Source: Azolla caroliniana
Taxonomy: Eukaryota > Plantae > Polypodiophyta
Length of the DNA: 64,000 nt
Direction: 5' to 3'
Assembly (NCBI GenBank): GCA_043228905.1
Contig: JBHGNT010000003.1
Coordinates: 18,166,001 to 18,230,000 of the forward strand
Shown piece by piece: positions 22,101 to 35,060 of this stretch. Both the position numbers and the translations under genes were made by a program. Each line of letters begins with the position of its first letter. Within the stretch, counting starts at the first letter, position 1. Under the pieces are notes generated by a model. It was not told the DNA's origin and did not search any database. It worked only from the letters and a program-made list of their open reading frames with translations.

Positions 22101-25100
22101 TTCATTATTCAGACTTCAGGGTTCCTGATACCTGTGAACGAAAATTTTGTCTGTATTGGTATATGCTACTTTCATCCAAACCCATTATTATGATCTACCC
22201 AAGGGCAATCATCAAATGTGATTTCGGCCTAAACCATATATATATTGGATGAAATTATTTGAGAGCTCCTTGGGGATGGATATGATTCTAATACTGTGAA
22301 ACTATTTGAGAGCTCCTTCTCTCATTCTATATGTAGTCAAATGCATGGTTACTCGTATTATACTCTCTCGTACTGATGTTTTTACCTTTATGCAGAATGC
22401 TTGTTTCTCAGCTCTTAGATACTCATTTTTTCTTAGGTTGTGTGAAGTGTATACACAATGATGGTTTTAATTCTGGTCCCATTTTGGCCTTTTATAAACA
22501 TCATAGTATGTCTCTCATTTAGTTAGAGACTAGGACATGGACCGAAGCACATTACCAAGGATGAAGATAGTATTTAACTGATAAAATCTTCTCCACATTA
22601 CCAAGGAGGAATTTATACAGCACCATGGATATATGGATATCCATCTGTCTCATGGATCGAGATGCACCATTGGACAGATTTACATGTCACCACGTTGGTC
22701 AGAGGCCGGAAATATACATAGGGAGGGTGCTTCCACGGCCTCTTTAGGGAGGGATTTGGTCTATTTTCCCGGATCATGTACTTCTATGATCAGAGATGTT
22801 TGGAATTGTTTTTTCCTAGAGATCCACAGACTTAGAAAATCCCTTGAGAATTAGATGACCATTACATAGAGGACACATACAAAGTCATATATTGGACTTC
22901 AAAGGCCATGAGAGAAAGAAAAACCAGCATCTCATAGAAAAATATTGCTTCAACCGAGATTTCAATTGGCCTGCTCTGTCCTGTTTCCACTCACTCAAAT
23001 ATACATGGATCATCACATTGAAGACGCTGTCAATGTTGGAGGATACATAGTATTATTGCCTGAAATCGAAAATAATTCCCAACTGGTTCAGGATAGAGGA
23101 CATTGATGTTGCAAAGCGTCATCCCATTGAGGATGTTCATGGGCTGATCTGCCCATGGTCTATTTGACCCAAATTGATTTATTTTGTACATTCTATCATA
23201 TACATTACTTATACCCATATGGGAGTGCATATATGACAGTCATCATTTGTATCTGTTGAGCAGAAATCATTTTTGTTTTCACCATTCTTCTGTGTACTTT
23301 GCGATGGAGTTTTTTCTTACCGGCAGACATGAATTTACATGAGCTGAATGGGCACCATAAGCAATAAATGCGATATATTATAGCCTTGTATTGAATGGTT
23401 GGATGCACATCTGTTATCTATCATTTATGTTTAAGATTCTTGTTGACACCTTCTTTACATTACAGGTTACGCGATGTGAAGCAGCTAGGCAAGCTTACTC
23501 AATTATTTGATTTATGCTTTTCTCAAATAATAATCTACCAAATATCATGGTATAGATGTGTTCTTTGCAGGATTGTGTGCCTTTGTGTTTCCTGGAGCAG
23601 TTCACACGCGGTTTGAACATTCAGTGGGTGTGTATGCTATTGCAGGTGAGGTGATGAAGCAACTTGCTGTTTACCAAGTGAGTCAATCTTCTCTGCAAAG
23701 GGTTCTTAATTCATGTTTTAAGTTTTTTTCTATATAAGTAAAGCTTTTATACGTGACTGGGGAATGTGGATGGATTCTCTCAGGAAGAACTTGGGATTGA
23801 ACGATCCGATGTTAGTACTGTCAAGTTGGCAGGTTCTCCTCAAACTGAACATTTATTATGTGTTAACAATATGCATTTAGATTAAATCCTTATTTCAGAG
23901 ATTTCATTTCTATGTTTTCAGGGCTGCTTCATGATGTAGGTCATGGTCCATTCAGCCACATTTTTGAACATGAGTTTCTACCACGAGTCTTAACTGGTGG
24001 AGTCAAATGGTATAATTATTGTGTATGAAGAGAAATCTATATATTTTATCTTTATACTATAAATGTTTTGATATCATGCACATCTTTGTTAGGGTTCATG
24101 AAGAGATGTCTGAAAAAATGGTTGACCATATTGTTGATGAACATAATATTGATATTGATCCAGGAGATGTTAAAAGAGTCAAGGTTAGCATTTCCATTTT
24201 AATGTTTAGCATAAATGGTTTAGATGGAGATTCTAAGATAGTTCTGTTTTCCAGTCCATGATTCTAGCAAGCTCTCATCGGTCCTCTACTCAGGTTCTCC
24301 TGTTGTTCCATAACATGTTTCACCAGTGGATTCTATCTTTGATTTAGTACAACTTATATTTTCAGGTCTTCTGTTTTTGTAGAGTTCTAATGAGAAACGG
24401 TTTCTCTTTGACATTGTTGCAAATGGACGTAATGGTGTTGATGTTGACAAGTAAGTCCTTTATGGAGATGCTAGTTCAGTCTTGTTAAATGACTTCCATT
24501 GCTGTTTATATTTTATTTTTCATGAACTACATGTGATCTAAGTGCCACATATCTATCCAAAAAGAGATAACTCCAGTGGCCAACTGTTCGCATCGAAAGT
24601 CTTCAAACACTTTCTGGATTCTTTGCACTCATAATCAAAACAATGTTTGTTTGAGTGTGGGATGTGCTTCGTGGAGGAGCATTCTCCACACACGGACAAA
24701 TGCCCACTTGCATTCTACGGTTTTATATTCTGCAAATCTAGAGAGGCTGAGAGAGCTAATTTTGAATACATCAGGTTCGATTACATTGAGAGGGATTGTC
24801 GTGCTTGTGGCATTACTAAAAATTTCTCTTTCAAGAGGTGAGCCTTTAAAACCAACATATTGTGGTACCTACAATAGAGAAAAAATGGATTATGCTGTTC
24901 TAAGTTCAAGATTTTCTCATGCAAACTCCCATGTCTGTGGAAATCAGGTTACTGGAGAATATGAGAGTAATAGACAATGAGATCTGCTATCGTGCCAAAG
25001 AGTGTGGGTGTTTGTTTGCCCAATATAGAGAATTCATTGAGAGGTGGGCATATGTTCTCCTCATGAGTTGGCAACTCCATGATTTGGGAGCCCTTTTTTC

Positions 25101-26478
25101 TTTGCAGATGTGAATGTCTACGGACTGTTTCAAACACGAGCTGATTTATTCAGAACAGTCTACACACATTCTAAAGTGAAGGTTGTCTGCTTTACTAAAT
25201 TAAATGATACTTATTAGAACTCTAAAAAAGCACAGTAACTCCCCATTAAAATAGTGATAAGCTGTTTTCTTTTATGAGCCAGGCTTTGGAATTCATGGTT
25301 GTAGATGCACTTCTACTGGCAAATGACTATTTACAGATATCGCACCAAGTTTTTGCTGCACGAGATTTTTGGAAGGTTAGTTGATTCTCAGGTATATGCG
25401 TACTTCCATTGAGGTTCTGTTGTTTCTTCTGACTCCAATAATGATCTATTTCTAATATCTTGAAGCTTGATGACACAATATTGAAAACAATCGAGACATC
25501 TGACACACCAGAATTAGAGGAGGCACGAAAGATAGTAATAAGGATGAGACGAAGAGAGCTGTATCAGGTTAGATAGTAGAACATGGTATTCCAAATTCAG
25601 TTACTTTTTTACAGATTTTATGGTTTACTATTATTGCAATGTCATTAGTACTGCAATGAGTATGCTGTTCCAAGGGAGAGATTGGACTATTTCAAGCCAG
25701 TCACACCTGAAGATATTGCTTGTTCGCAGGTACAGAAAAACACTAAGTGAGATACCCTCTTTCCCCTTTAACAACTATGACGGAATATCTTGATAAAGCA
25801 TGTTGTAGGTTAAACACGATGTAAATCTCTCCCCTGATGATATTGTGGTGAGCAATGTGAAGATCGATTTGACTTACGGAAATGAAAATCCTGTAGACAG
25901 GTATTCATGCTTCTGTTGGAGTTCTATTCTATGTTCGGAGTGTATATAAATGGCTGCTCATTAATACTATCTACTTTGGATGTTGACATTTTGGCTATGG
26001 AAAAGGGTGCACTTTTTTCAGGTAGGCCTAAATATTATTTCTCTATTCATGATCAAATACTTCTTGCACTGAGCCTTTTTCACTCAATGTTTCCTTCACT
26101 AGGATTATGAATCTCATTTGAAGTTTCCAATACCTAAGGAGCGTGTTAGTCAATTGTTGCCTGATTGGTTTGAGGACAGAATTGTTCGAGTGTATTCCAA
26201 AAAACCAGAATTGGTATTTCCAATGGAGAGCTTCTCACTACTGTTTTTTTAATGTGATAAGTCTCTAGAACTTGATACATTCTTGTAGAGATTTGATTTA
26301 TTTTTTCATGAAATGGTTTTTCTTTCGAAATCTCTTAACCAGTTAGTTAATTCTGGTTTTATGCCTTCAGGTTGAAGCTGTATCAGAAGCATTTGAGAAC
26401 TTTCAGCGGAAAACATATGGGGCCACCACCCAGGTGCATGGAACACCAAATAGTAAGAAAAGGAGAAGGAGCCAGTAG
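19106..26478 (+). CDS. VEN4: HD-domain dNTP triphosphohydrolase, SAMHD1/VENOSA4 homolog; 19 exons: 19106-19216, 20691-20728, 23466-23488, 23571-23677, 23784-23832, 23922-24009, 24093-24183, 24255-24293, 24383-24450, 24775-24837, 24948-25003, 25108-25181, 25283-25375, 25466-25567, 25649-25729, 25809-25900, 26006-26021, 26103-26213, 26371-26478
   Basis: Spliced translation is contiguous: DNVHSNIY, FIDTEEFQRLRDVKQLG, GAVHTRFEHS, AGLLHDVGHGPFSH, WVHE, DIVANGRNGVDVDKFDYIERD, RTVYTH, RRRELY, ...HGTPNSKKRRRSQ*. GT-AG boundaries except one GC-AG. Confidence 0.95.
20990..22030 (+). mobile_element. Highly decayed Copia relic in SAMHD1 intron 2
   Basis: RGRGR-type gag stretch, integrase-SH3-like 'IILSQDVEF' and KEPTTLAEA..KWK RT-linker remnants. 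Confidence 0.55.
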
Positions 26479-26893
26479 ATAAAGTATATATGGCTTCAGC
26501 TTGTACATAATTGTTTATCGACTTATCAATCAAGGTAAGGCATGCAACTCATCATGGAGATTTTACACTGAAAGGTTGTAAATTCTCACTTAAGAAATCC
26601 ACTGACCTCGAAGTAATGCTGGGTTTTGAGGAACACGAGAATAGTTGATAACACTGATTACTTCAATTTTGATAGAAGGTAAAGTAACTAGGGCATGCAG
26701 AGAAACTTTAACCTTATGTCACGAAATTTTGTTACAAGGTCGCAAATTTTGCGCTGTCGATTTATAACTGAAGTCGAATTTTTACTTCCATCAGTTGCTC
26801 TGCTCTTGTTTGGAAGTGCATGGGATTTTATTCAAATCCACATGAATGGCTAATCTCTTTCTTAAGTTCGTAAGATTTTATTCATATCTGTAA

Positions 26894-27005
26894 AGCTTAC
26901 AGTTGCATTGGACTCTCTTGTAGTCTTCAAACTTAATTTTTTCAATAGCTTTACAGTTGCATTGGACTCTCTTGTAGTCTTCAAACTTAATTTTTTCAAT
27001 AGCTT
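26894..27005. repeat. 54-bp tandem duplication downstream of the SAMHD1 stop
   Basis: TTACAGTTGCATTGGACTCTCTTGTAGTCTTCAAACTTAATTTTTTCAATAGCT present twice (26897, 26951). Confidence 0.9.
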
Positions 27006-29825
27006 TTATGGCTCATGTTTTATGAATTTGTAACAACAAATCAGACTGGTGTACATGTAATAAACTTAAAGTTTTGCTTCTGATGCACTGTAATATATAG
27101 TCCTAAAGTGGTTGGATCAGAAACATATGGAGAATTTAACAAGTATCTAAGCTTACAAAGGAAATTTGGTTTGCTCATTCTTATATACAAGATTTATGGA
27201 CGCCTGTTTTCATTACAGGTCTTCATTATGTAGTATGTCAGCAAGAGGTTTGGCATTATCGTTTTGTTTATACACATTTTTTACCGTCCTCAGATGTTTA
27301 ATATGATTTATGGTACCAAAAGACTGTTCTCAGACGTTGAATATGATATATGGAACCAAAAGTGAAACCATTTTTATGCAGTATTGTGTGGAATTAATTA
27401 GGGACTTGATTTTCAAGAATCTATTTTTAAATGCTAGGATCGAGAGTGCATATTGTGATTGGTAGACTAATGTGTGTAGGGAGTGGACTGGATTGACAAT
27501 GTATGGAAATCAAATGCGAATATGGTTGAATGCAATGCATTATTCAAAACATGATATACCCAAGCACATTTACTGCAAAATATGCATAGTTTGTTGAAGC
27601 AATGATTGTGGTGGACAATGAATGAACTCAAACATGTATAGGTGAGTGAATTTTCCTTGTTCAATGAAGAATATTATTTTGTAGTTTGGTGAAACATACA
27701 CAATATAATGTTTGAGATGTCAACATTCTCGAATTTCCCACACAAAAAAGGCTCATTCGTGGAGAAAATTAATGGCACATTATGAAGCACGTTTAATGTC
27801 CTATTTTCCAATCCATTTCTTTGTATGTCACATTCATTCTAAACCCAAGGTTTTTACTTTTATGATGTTTTGAATATTTTTATTTGCTTTCCATGTGATC
27901 CTAGAAGCCAAATGTTAGGGTTTTTTTTAACCTTAAAAACATGTACTCAATAAATAACCCTATCCGTGGCTATGATCTCAATGGGAATTTAATTGGTCTT
28001 ACAATTGAGACAAAATCCTCTTGGTTGTTGATGTCTATAGATTTATTGCACAGGGTCTATAATTCTCTTTTGGTGATTTGATGTTCAAAGAGTAGGAGAT
28101 AATTTCCATCACTAGAATAAGAATGCGAGCCATTTGAATGTAATGGAATGGTCTAATGATTCGTCAATTATGCAATGTAACAAATGATGGTCTAATGGTT
28201 GTTCATAGGAAATTGTTATGTATAAAATAAACGGACAAAAATGCCGAGTTTGTGGATCTTTGAAGAAGACTTTACCTACATGTGTTGAAAATCACAAACA
28301 CATAGTTACCATGAATGTTATGAACAACGATGTTTTTATTTGAGGAATTCCAAGCATAAACTTAGTGTACATTAGAAAATGAAAATGTCAATGCACACAT
28401 TGAATTGCATACACAAGCAAAAATTACAATTAAAGGAGTTGTAAGACAAATTGCATTTATGAACGATGATGACCGATCCCAAAAAAATGCAAATTAGACT
28501 TCAAATAATTTCATCAACAAGAGAGATGTCTTAGTTTATGAAGAAGAAAACATATAAGGGAAGTGAAGACTTTAAAAAGGTGATAAACCAAGTCAAAATG
28601 GAGGGTGAGTCAGCTATAAGATGTTTAAGAACAATGAAGTTCAACGGATTTTATGGGAGTTGAGTTGCTTTACAGAAATAATTGTCTTTGGATCTTATGT
28701 GGCTTGATGCTTCTAGACAAAAACAATAACAAAGTCTTACTGATTTTGCTGTGTCATTTAACTCTAAAACCCAACCATTGTCCATTTAAACAATTCATGT
28801 GTGATGTTTACCATCACTTCAACTCCAAAACCAAACCTCGATTTAATTAATCATACACAACAATGAAATGAATTTGCTGAGTTGAACCCCAAAATCAAAC
28901 CTTGCACTTAGTGTGAGTTAAAACCAGACAGCCAATATTTCTTCCCATCACTATGTTAAAAAGGACAATTCTATTAAAGAGTGAGACTGAACTTGGAGAT
29001 CTCTCTCATGGTATTGCAATGGGCTTAGTATCCAGACTGGTGACACAAAAGATATAAAACATATGTCATGGTTAACATCGTATGTGTGGGTTTCTTGAAT
29101 TGTTTAGTAGATAAAAGAGACTTCAAACTGCATTTTGTTAGATTTTGCAATAGTTTTGACATTCATGAGTTTATTATACGCTCTGGGAGATAACTTCAAC
29201 CACATGCATTATTGAGGTCTTAGAGCAAACTTACAATGTGTTTGAATGGATTCTGTATGAATCCTCTCAAATCACCAAGGCTATCTATGGAAGCATTCTC
29301 ATATTCACAGAGGGGGTTACATTGGAAACATACAGAAGTGTTAGTACAAGGATTGGGTATTGTCTAGACAATAGATTACAGGTTTATAAAGAGAAACATA
29401 ATAAGACAGTTAAGCTGTGGTCATATCTGCTGAATCTAAACAATATATTCCTCTGCCAAGAGGGAAAAGAAATACTAGACAGATATTTGCTGTGTGAGAG
29501 ACATGACTCCCCATTTTGTCATGGTCATGAAACATTATATATATATATCTGGCATCATTCAAGATGGCCTCTTCTTAGATATTCCATATTCTCATTCTGT
29601 CCCCATTCTGACCTCTCAATCAAATATATTTCTTCATCAAATGGCAGGAATCATTCTGTCCTGTCGTTCAGCCACCTCTAAATAAAAATCACATAGCTCC
29701 CGGCAATGCTCTTTCATTCCCATTATTCTCGATGATGCCAAGCGATGGATGGATATTTCTTAAAGCAAAAGAACAGTGCAAGGTTTTCTTCATCTCGCCA
29801 TATAATTTTCATTCATACAAGTGAA

Positions 29826-32800
29826 CTACTTGGATAAATGCTGATTTGTGTTGGAATTACTATTGCACATGCATTCAGGTGCAGGATAAGCCAACACATC
29901 ACGTCCTACTCGGCGGGTTCGGAAAGAAGGTTGGCCCCATGAGTCCTTATGTAGTTTCCTGATGATAAGGTCCACCTCTTTCCCATCAGTAGTGAGAGAA
30001 TTATTGAGGAAATAAGGAAGCATCTCTCTTTTGTTTGGTATTATATGCTTCCGGAAACCTGCATAAGCTCTATGACCCTGCTTACAACAGATTAGAGCGA
30101 AAGAAAAAAATAAGCATACAACAAGAATGGGTGCTTGATAGAAATGTTAAATCATATCACACATAAGATTAAAGACTTAGTTAGCCAAATAAGGATGAGA
30201 GAAATGAAGGTGAAAATTTAGGAACTATCACCAAAAATTAGTCCCATCACAAATAATCAAATATGGATAGAAAAATGACAACAACACAAAAAACTAATCC
30301 CATCACAAATCAGGATTATAAACTAGCTATGCATAAGATGAAAAAAATAAGCACCCGCTTGAGAAACTGATACGAACACATCTAAGTTTCATCACACAGC
30401 CATATAGTGATGAAAAAGGCCAGGTGAAAAGAAGCTAATTCATCATATCTAAGTTTGAAGACTAGCAAATATAAGAATGAAATAACGAAAAGATGGAAAT
30501 AAACCTGTAGGGCTCTTGCCATGTTTCCACCATGAGATGGCATAAAAACATCGCTGTGTAGGCTTATGAGATAGTCGATCGCAGCCAAACACGAAGCTTT
30601 GCTGAGAAATGGATCCAATTCCCCAGGAAGAGCAAGTGTTTCCTTGTTGTAAAGGTGACCAAATTTGTTTATCAATGGCCTCAAAGCGACTTCTCCTCCT
30701 AAGGGTTTGCCTCCAGCCCAAAATATGTTTGTCTTTTTCGTTGCTCCAAGACCTTCCAGAAGCCTGCGGAATATACAAATTTCAACTACTCAAATGTGAG
30801 CATTTGTGTATTGCGGATGCCCCACAATGGATGCCCATGTCTGTGTGTCTATATATTCTTGTTATTCCCTCTTCTTTGAATGTCTCTTTGTGATCCGTTT
30901 TAATGGGCATTGACCCCTCATTGAGGTTTCCCAGCAGTAAAACAATGTTTTACCAAAATGATGTGCATGTATAAATATTCATACGGAGAATTGAATGTAT
31001 ATAGTGGATCCACTTTGATTCAAATCTGGTGTATTTTGAGAACATGTGAATCATGTGTCTCAAAATTTTGAAATTTACCTTGCAACTTCTGCTGCATTAA
31101 GAGGACAGAGCCCAGCTACTTTTCGTTCCGTGTAATTCATTTGATTTCGACCAGTAAGAAATCGAGGATTCTCTTGTCGTGCATGATGGATTTCTATATC
31201 AAATGATGGATCGAGACCGGGCAAACAACCAGTTCTCACCCACACATCCTTTTCAAGCCTCAGGTGAAGAGCTACATATGGACCCTTCTCCCACATCCTT
31301 CGAGAAAGTAGATTTCCAATTTCTAAGATAGGGGCTGTGAACCTAAGTGCGTGGAAGGCAACCTAAACAAAAACAAAAAGCCAGTTAAGAATCCTCAATG
31401 AATTTCAATAGATCAAAACAACTCTCATGTCGTAAAAACTGCGTTGATCTACATGGAAAAGGAAAACGATGCAAACCTGAGATCAATTGAGATAAAAGCT
31501 TTGCCGTCCATACTATTCTCATGATATAATTCAATGTAAAGACATGACAGATTTCTCAAACAATTCTCATGTTATAACTGCAGAATGGTTCAAAAACCAA
31601 CAGAACTGTGGAGCTGTATGGCTTCTCATCTAATACCTTCCATGTCCAGATTATGATTCCAGAACCTATGAAGGAACTAGGGACTGTACGGAACTCTTTA
31701 TCTTCTCAAGTCCTACCTTCCATGTAGACATGCCATACTGACACACTTTTGAAGTATAATGTTTCAAACACCTATGTTGTAGCCATGCGGTTCCTAAATG
31801 TAGCCATAAGTTCTAAAGAGAAGCTTATGGCGTTTCATGAACTGTATGTATTATATTGAAACTAATTAAAAGCTCTTTACCTACTTATAAGATGAGATCG
31901 GGTTCCTGATCTTCTGCAAATAATGTAACACATTCAAGGACAATGCATTAGCTATGGAGTTTGTAGAGCTCTTTACCTTGCATCGAAGTTTTTGCAGGTC
32001 TGGTGGAAGATCCTTGGAGAGCCTACCGTCCAATCCCCGTAGTAACAAAATACCATCTCTATTCAACTGTAGGAGACAGGAAACCAGATGAAGTCAGCAC
32101 AAGAGAAAATTCAAATGAATGGTTCTCAGACACAGTCACGGTCATGAATCAAGGAGAACCCAAAATGAATGAAGATGATCATAAAAACAGCCCAGAGATA
32201 ATTTGAATGAATAATGATGGTGACTAACACACCCTTTTCATATAGTTGTGTCGAAACCACTGAGGGGTGGCAAACAGTGGTGTATTGCTTCGTTGCACAG
32301 GCCGAGTCATGATATGTGTGGAAGGCAGCGAAGAAACTACAGAAACATGGCCTTTCAATACGCTCTTGAAGTGATGAACATCAAAGACATCAGAGAATTC
32401 ACTGCAAAATAAGACAGATACAAAATCAAGAATCAGAACTAAAAATCATCGCCATGATCAAAACCACCTGCGAAATACACGAATGTTTGCATGATATGAT
32501 TATTACAAACAAGAGATCTTGCGAGATATGTATAAGGAAATCCTATACTGTGACAGCTATGAAATCCGACAGGATTGTCTGCATACCGAGGAAAACCAAG
32601 ATATATTTAGAAACAATACTCTAACTCTGACAGCTAACCTTGGATCATTCCATATCTGATTCACTTGTAAGATCGGAACAACTAGGACTGCACCTAAAAT
32701 GCGAGCAATAACAACGGCGTCGACAATTTCGTTGCGTTGTTGGTTTAATCCACCTGCGACGATAACCAGAAGATACTTCTTCCCCTGCTTCTCCTCTGTC

Positions 32801-33477
32801 TGTGCTAATTTTCTGCTCTCTGCAAGGTAATCAGAGCTAAACTCCAGACAAGGCTTGAACCCAGAGCTATTTGGTTGTTTCCAGAAGTGCTTCTCACTCT
32901 CAGACATGTTCTCTGGCAAAACGTGGAGAGGGAAAGGTTGGATGAAGCTCTTTGAAGCTTCATCTGATGATCCACGTAGATTTAGCAACGGTTGAGCCAT
33001 CCATGGGTGAGGGGGATCAGTGGTCTCCGTTAATTGTTTCTTGTCATCATAGGAAGAAGAAGAAGGTAGGCCATCGGACCTGGATTGTCTAACATTCTTC
33101 TTCTGTGTTGCTATTGGATCATCTCCTTTACCGATACCATCCACATGAACACGACGACGCAGTGTAGGATTCTCCTGAGCATCACGCAGAATCATCTCAT
33201 TATTCATACCCGTATTCATCACGGATGGACGATATTCACTGCTGATTTTGATTAGTCTGAGAAGGAAGCAAAGAGCGATGAGGCCAAGCCAGAATCGTGG
33301 CTTCTTCCAGAAGATGAACAGAGAGTTGGGGTTAGGACGAAGCTTGAGGATGGATGCATGGGCCTTGCTACCGTGGTTCTCATGAGTCGATGGTTCCTTT
33401 GGACAAGATGAAGTCGGCGAAATAATGGGCATTGGGACAGAAGAGACGGCGATGTAAGCAAGATGCTTCATGGTCAT
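29826..33477 (-). CDS. O-fucosyltransferase family protein (GT106/DUF246); 6 coding exons: 33477-32639, 32401-32233, 32066-31977, 31362-31079, 30763-30505, 30077-29826
   Basis: N-terminal TM (FWLGLIALCFLL), GGLNQQRNEIVDAVVIARILGA, EFSDVFDVHHF, LQKLRCKVAFHALRF, YVALHLRLEKD, CPL, AAIDY...SDVF, GHRAYAG, PECMC. Canonical splice sites. Confidence 0.93.
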
Positions 33478-33859
33478 TCTCTCAAAATAATGGTTCGTAT
33501 ATATACATATATATACACGATGAGGCTTCTTTTCTTTTCTTTTCTTTTTGTTGGCTATGGCGATAAGACCTTTCCTTTCCTGCCTGCCTACCTGTCTGTC
33601 TGTCTGTCTGTGTAGGAAGGAGTATAAGTTGTATAGTGTGTGCACAAAAGAAGAGTAGAAGGAGAAATTGATCAATGATTTACACTGTATGTTGCATTGG
33701 TTTGAATATTAGCCTACCAGGTCTGTCTGCCTGTGTAGAATTCAATTATAGTGATCGGTGTAAGAAGAGTTCAAAGGCGTGTGTTGTTGTTTGTTGTTGT
33801 GATTCAAGGTAGAGCTTTCAAGCTTCCAGTGTGGCTATTATGAACATGGTCAGACCTAT

Positions 33860-34106
33860 CTTGTTGAAGAAGAAGAAGAAGAAGAAGAAGATGTGTATGT
33901 ATATGTATGTATGTACAGGGTGTGCATACGGGTTAGTGCAGATTCGGATATTATTGAGGACTGTATAGATTTGGTTGTATGTGCAGAGAATTGAATAGCG
34001 GAAGGTGGAGCTTCAGAACTTGTTCTGTGTGATGTGGCTATGGCTATGGCTATGGAGATCGGACCTGCATTTCAGTCCAGGAATGAATAATGAATGTTCC
34101 TTGCAA

Positions 34107-34146
<40 letters not shown>

Positions 34147-34755
34147 AAGCGATGATGAAGACGAAGAAGATTATATTATATATATATATATATATACATA
34201 CATAAATACATACATGTGTTTGTGTGTGTAAACGAAACGCGGAGAGAGAAGAAGAAGAAGAAGAAGAAGAAGAAGAAGGAAAGGCTTACTTTTCTGTTGA
34301 ATTGAAGTTTAGGGTTTTGGTAGCAAATGGGCTTCGCCTGTCTATATCTGTTCTGTCTGGCGAAGAAGCTTTTTGGCTATGGCGGCGATCACCAGCTGTC
34401 TCTGTGCGTATACATACATATACATATATGAGATAATATGTCACTCTGACTTTCTCTCTCTGACTCACACACACACACAGAGAGATAGAGAGAGAAATGT
34501 CTCTCTCTCTGTGAGAAGAGGTGCTTTTTGGCTTTTTGCTTTTTTATCGCCTTCTTTCTCGCTCGCTTTTTGCTTTTGCCCCGCTTTTTTTTTCCCTTTT
34601 TTTTATCTCCTTCGCATTATTATTATTAAATAAATAAAATTAAAAAACCGGTGACAGTTAAAATTACTGCTCCATGAGCTTTTTGCTTTTACACACACAG
34701 AGAAATATATTTATTTATTTATTTTGTTTTTTTTCACGCCTTTCACATATTATAT

Positions 34756-34793
<38 letters not shown>

Positions 34794-35060
34794 GCACGCA
34801 TTTTCTGGGCTTGAAAATTTATTTTTTATTTTTTCCGGCTGCCGTTAAATTTACTCTCCACTAAGCTTCTTCTTCTTCTTCTCCTTCTTCTTGATTATTA
34901 TTATTATTATTTATATGTTTAGAAAACAAGTAAAAGAAAAAAAAAACAAAGGAAAAAGGGCATTTTTTAAAATTTTAAAAAAAAAATTGTGCTTATGCTT
35001 TTTCCTTATGTTTGCTTTCTGCTTTTTGCTTTTTTGGCTCTCTCTCTCTCTCTCTCTCTC
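33860..35060. repeat. Microsatellite cluster upstream of the O-fucosyltransferase gene: (GAA)n, (AG)n, (TA)n, (CT)n
   Basis: Directly visible. Confidence 0.85.

Noticed and set aside
27300-28700. Possible decayed DNA-transposase sequence between the two genes
   Set aside because: No motif or termini I can identify with confidence.
29238-29681. 147-aa plus ORF
   Set aside because: No recognisable domain; lies antisense to the likely 3' UTR of the O-fucosyltransferase gene.
33478-33675. N-terminal extension of the 372-aa ORF
   Set aside because: Begins at a non-ATG codon and is simple-repeat derived; the first ATG is at 33477.
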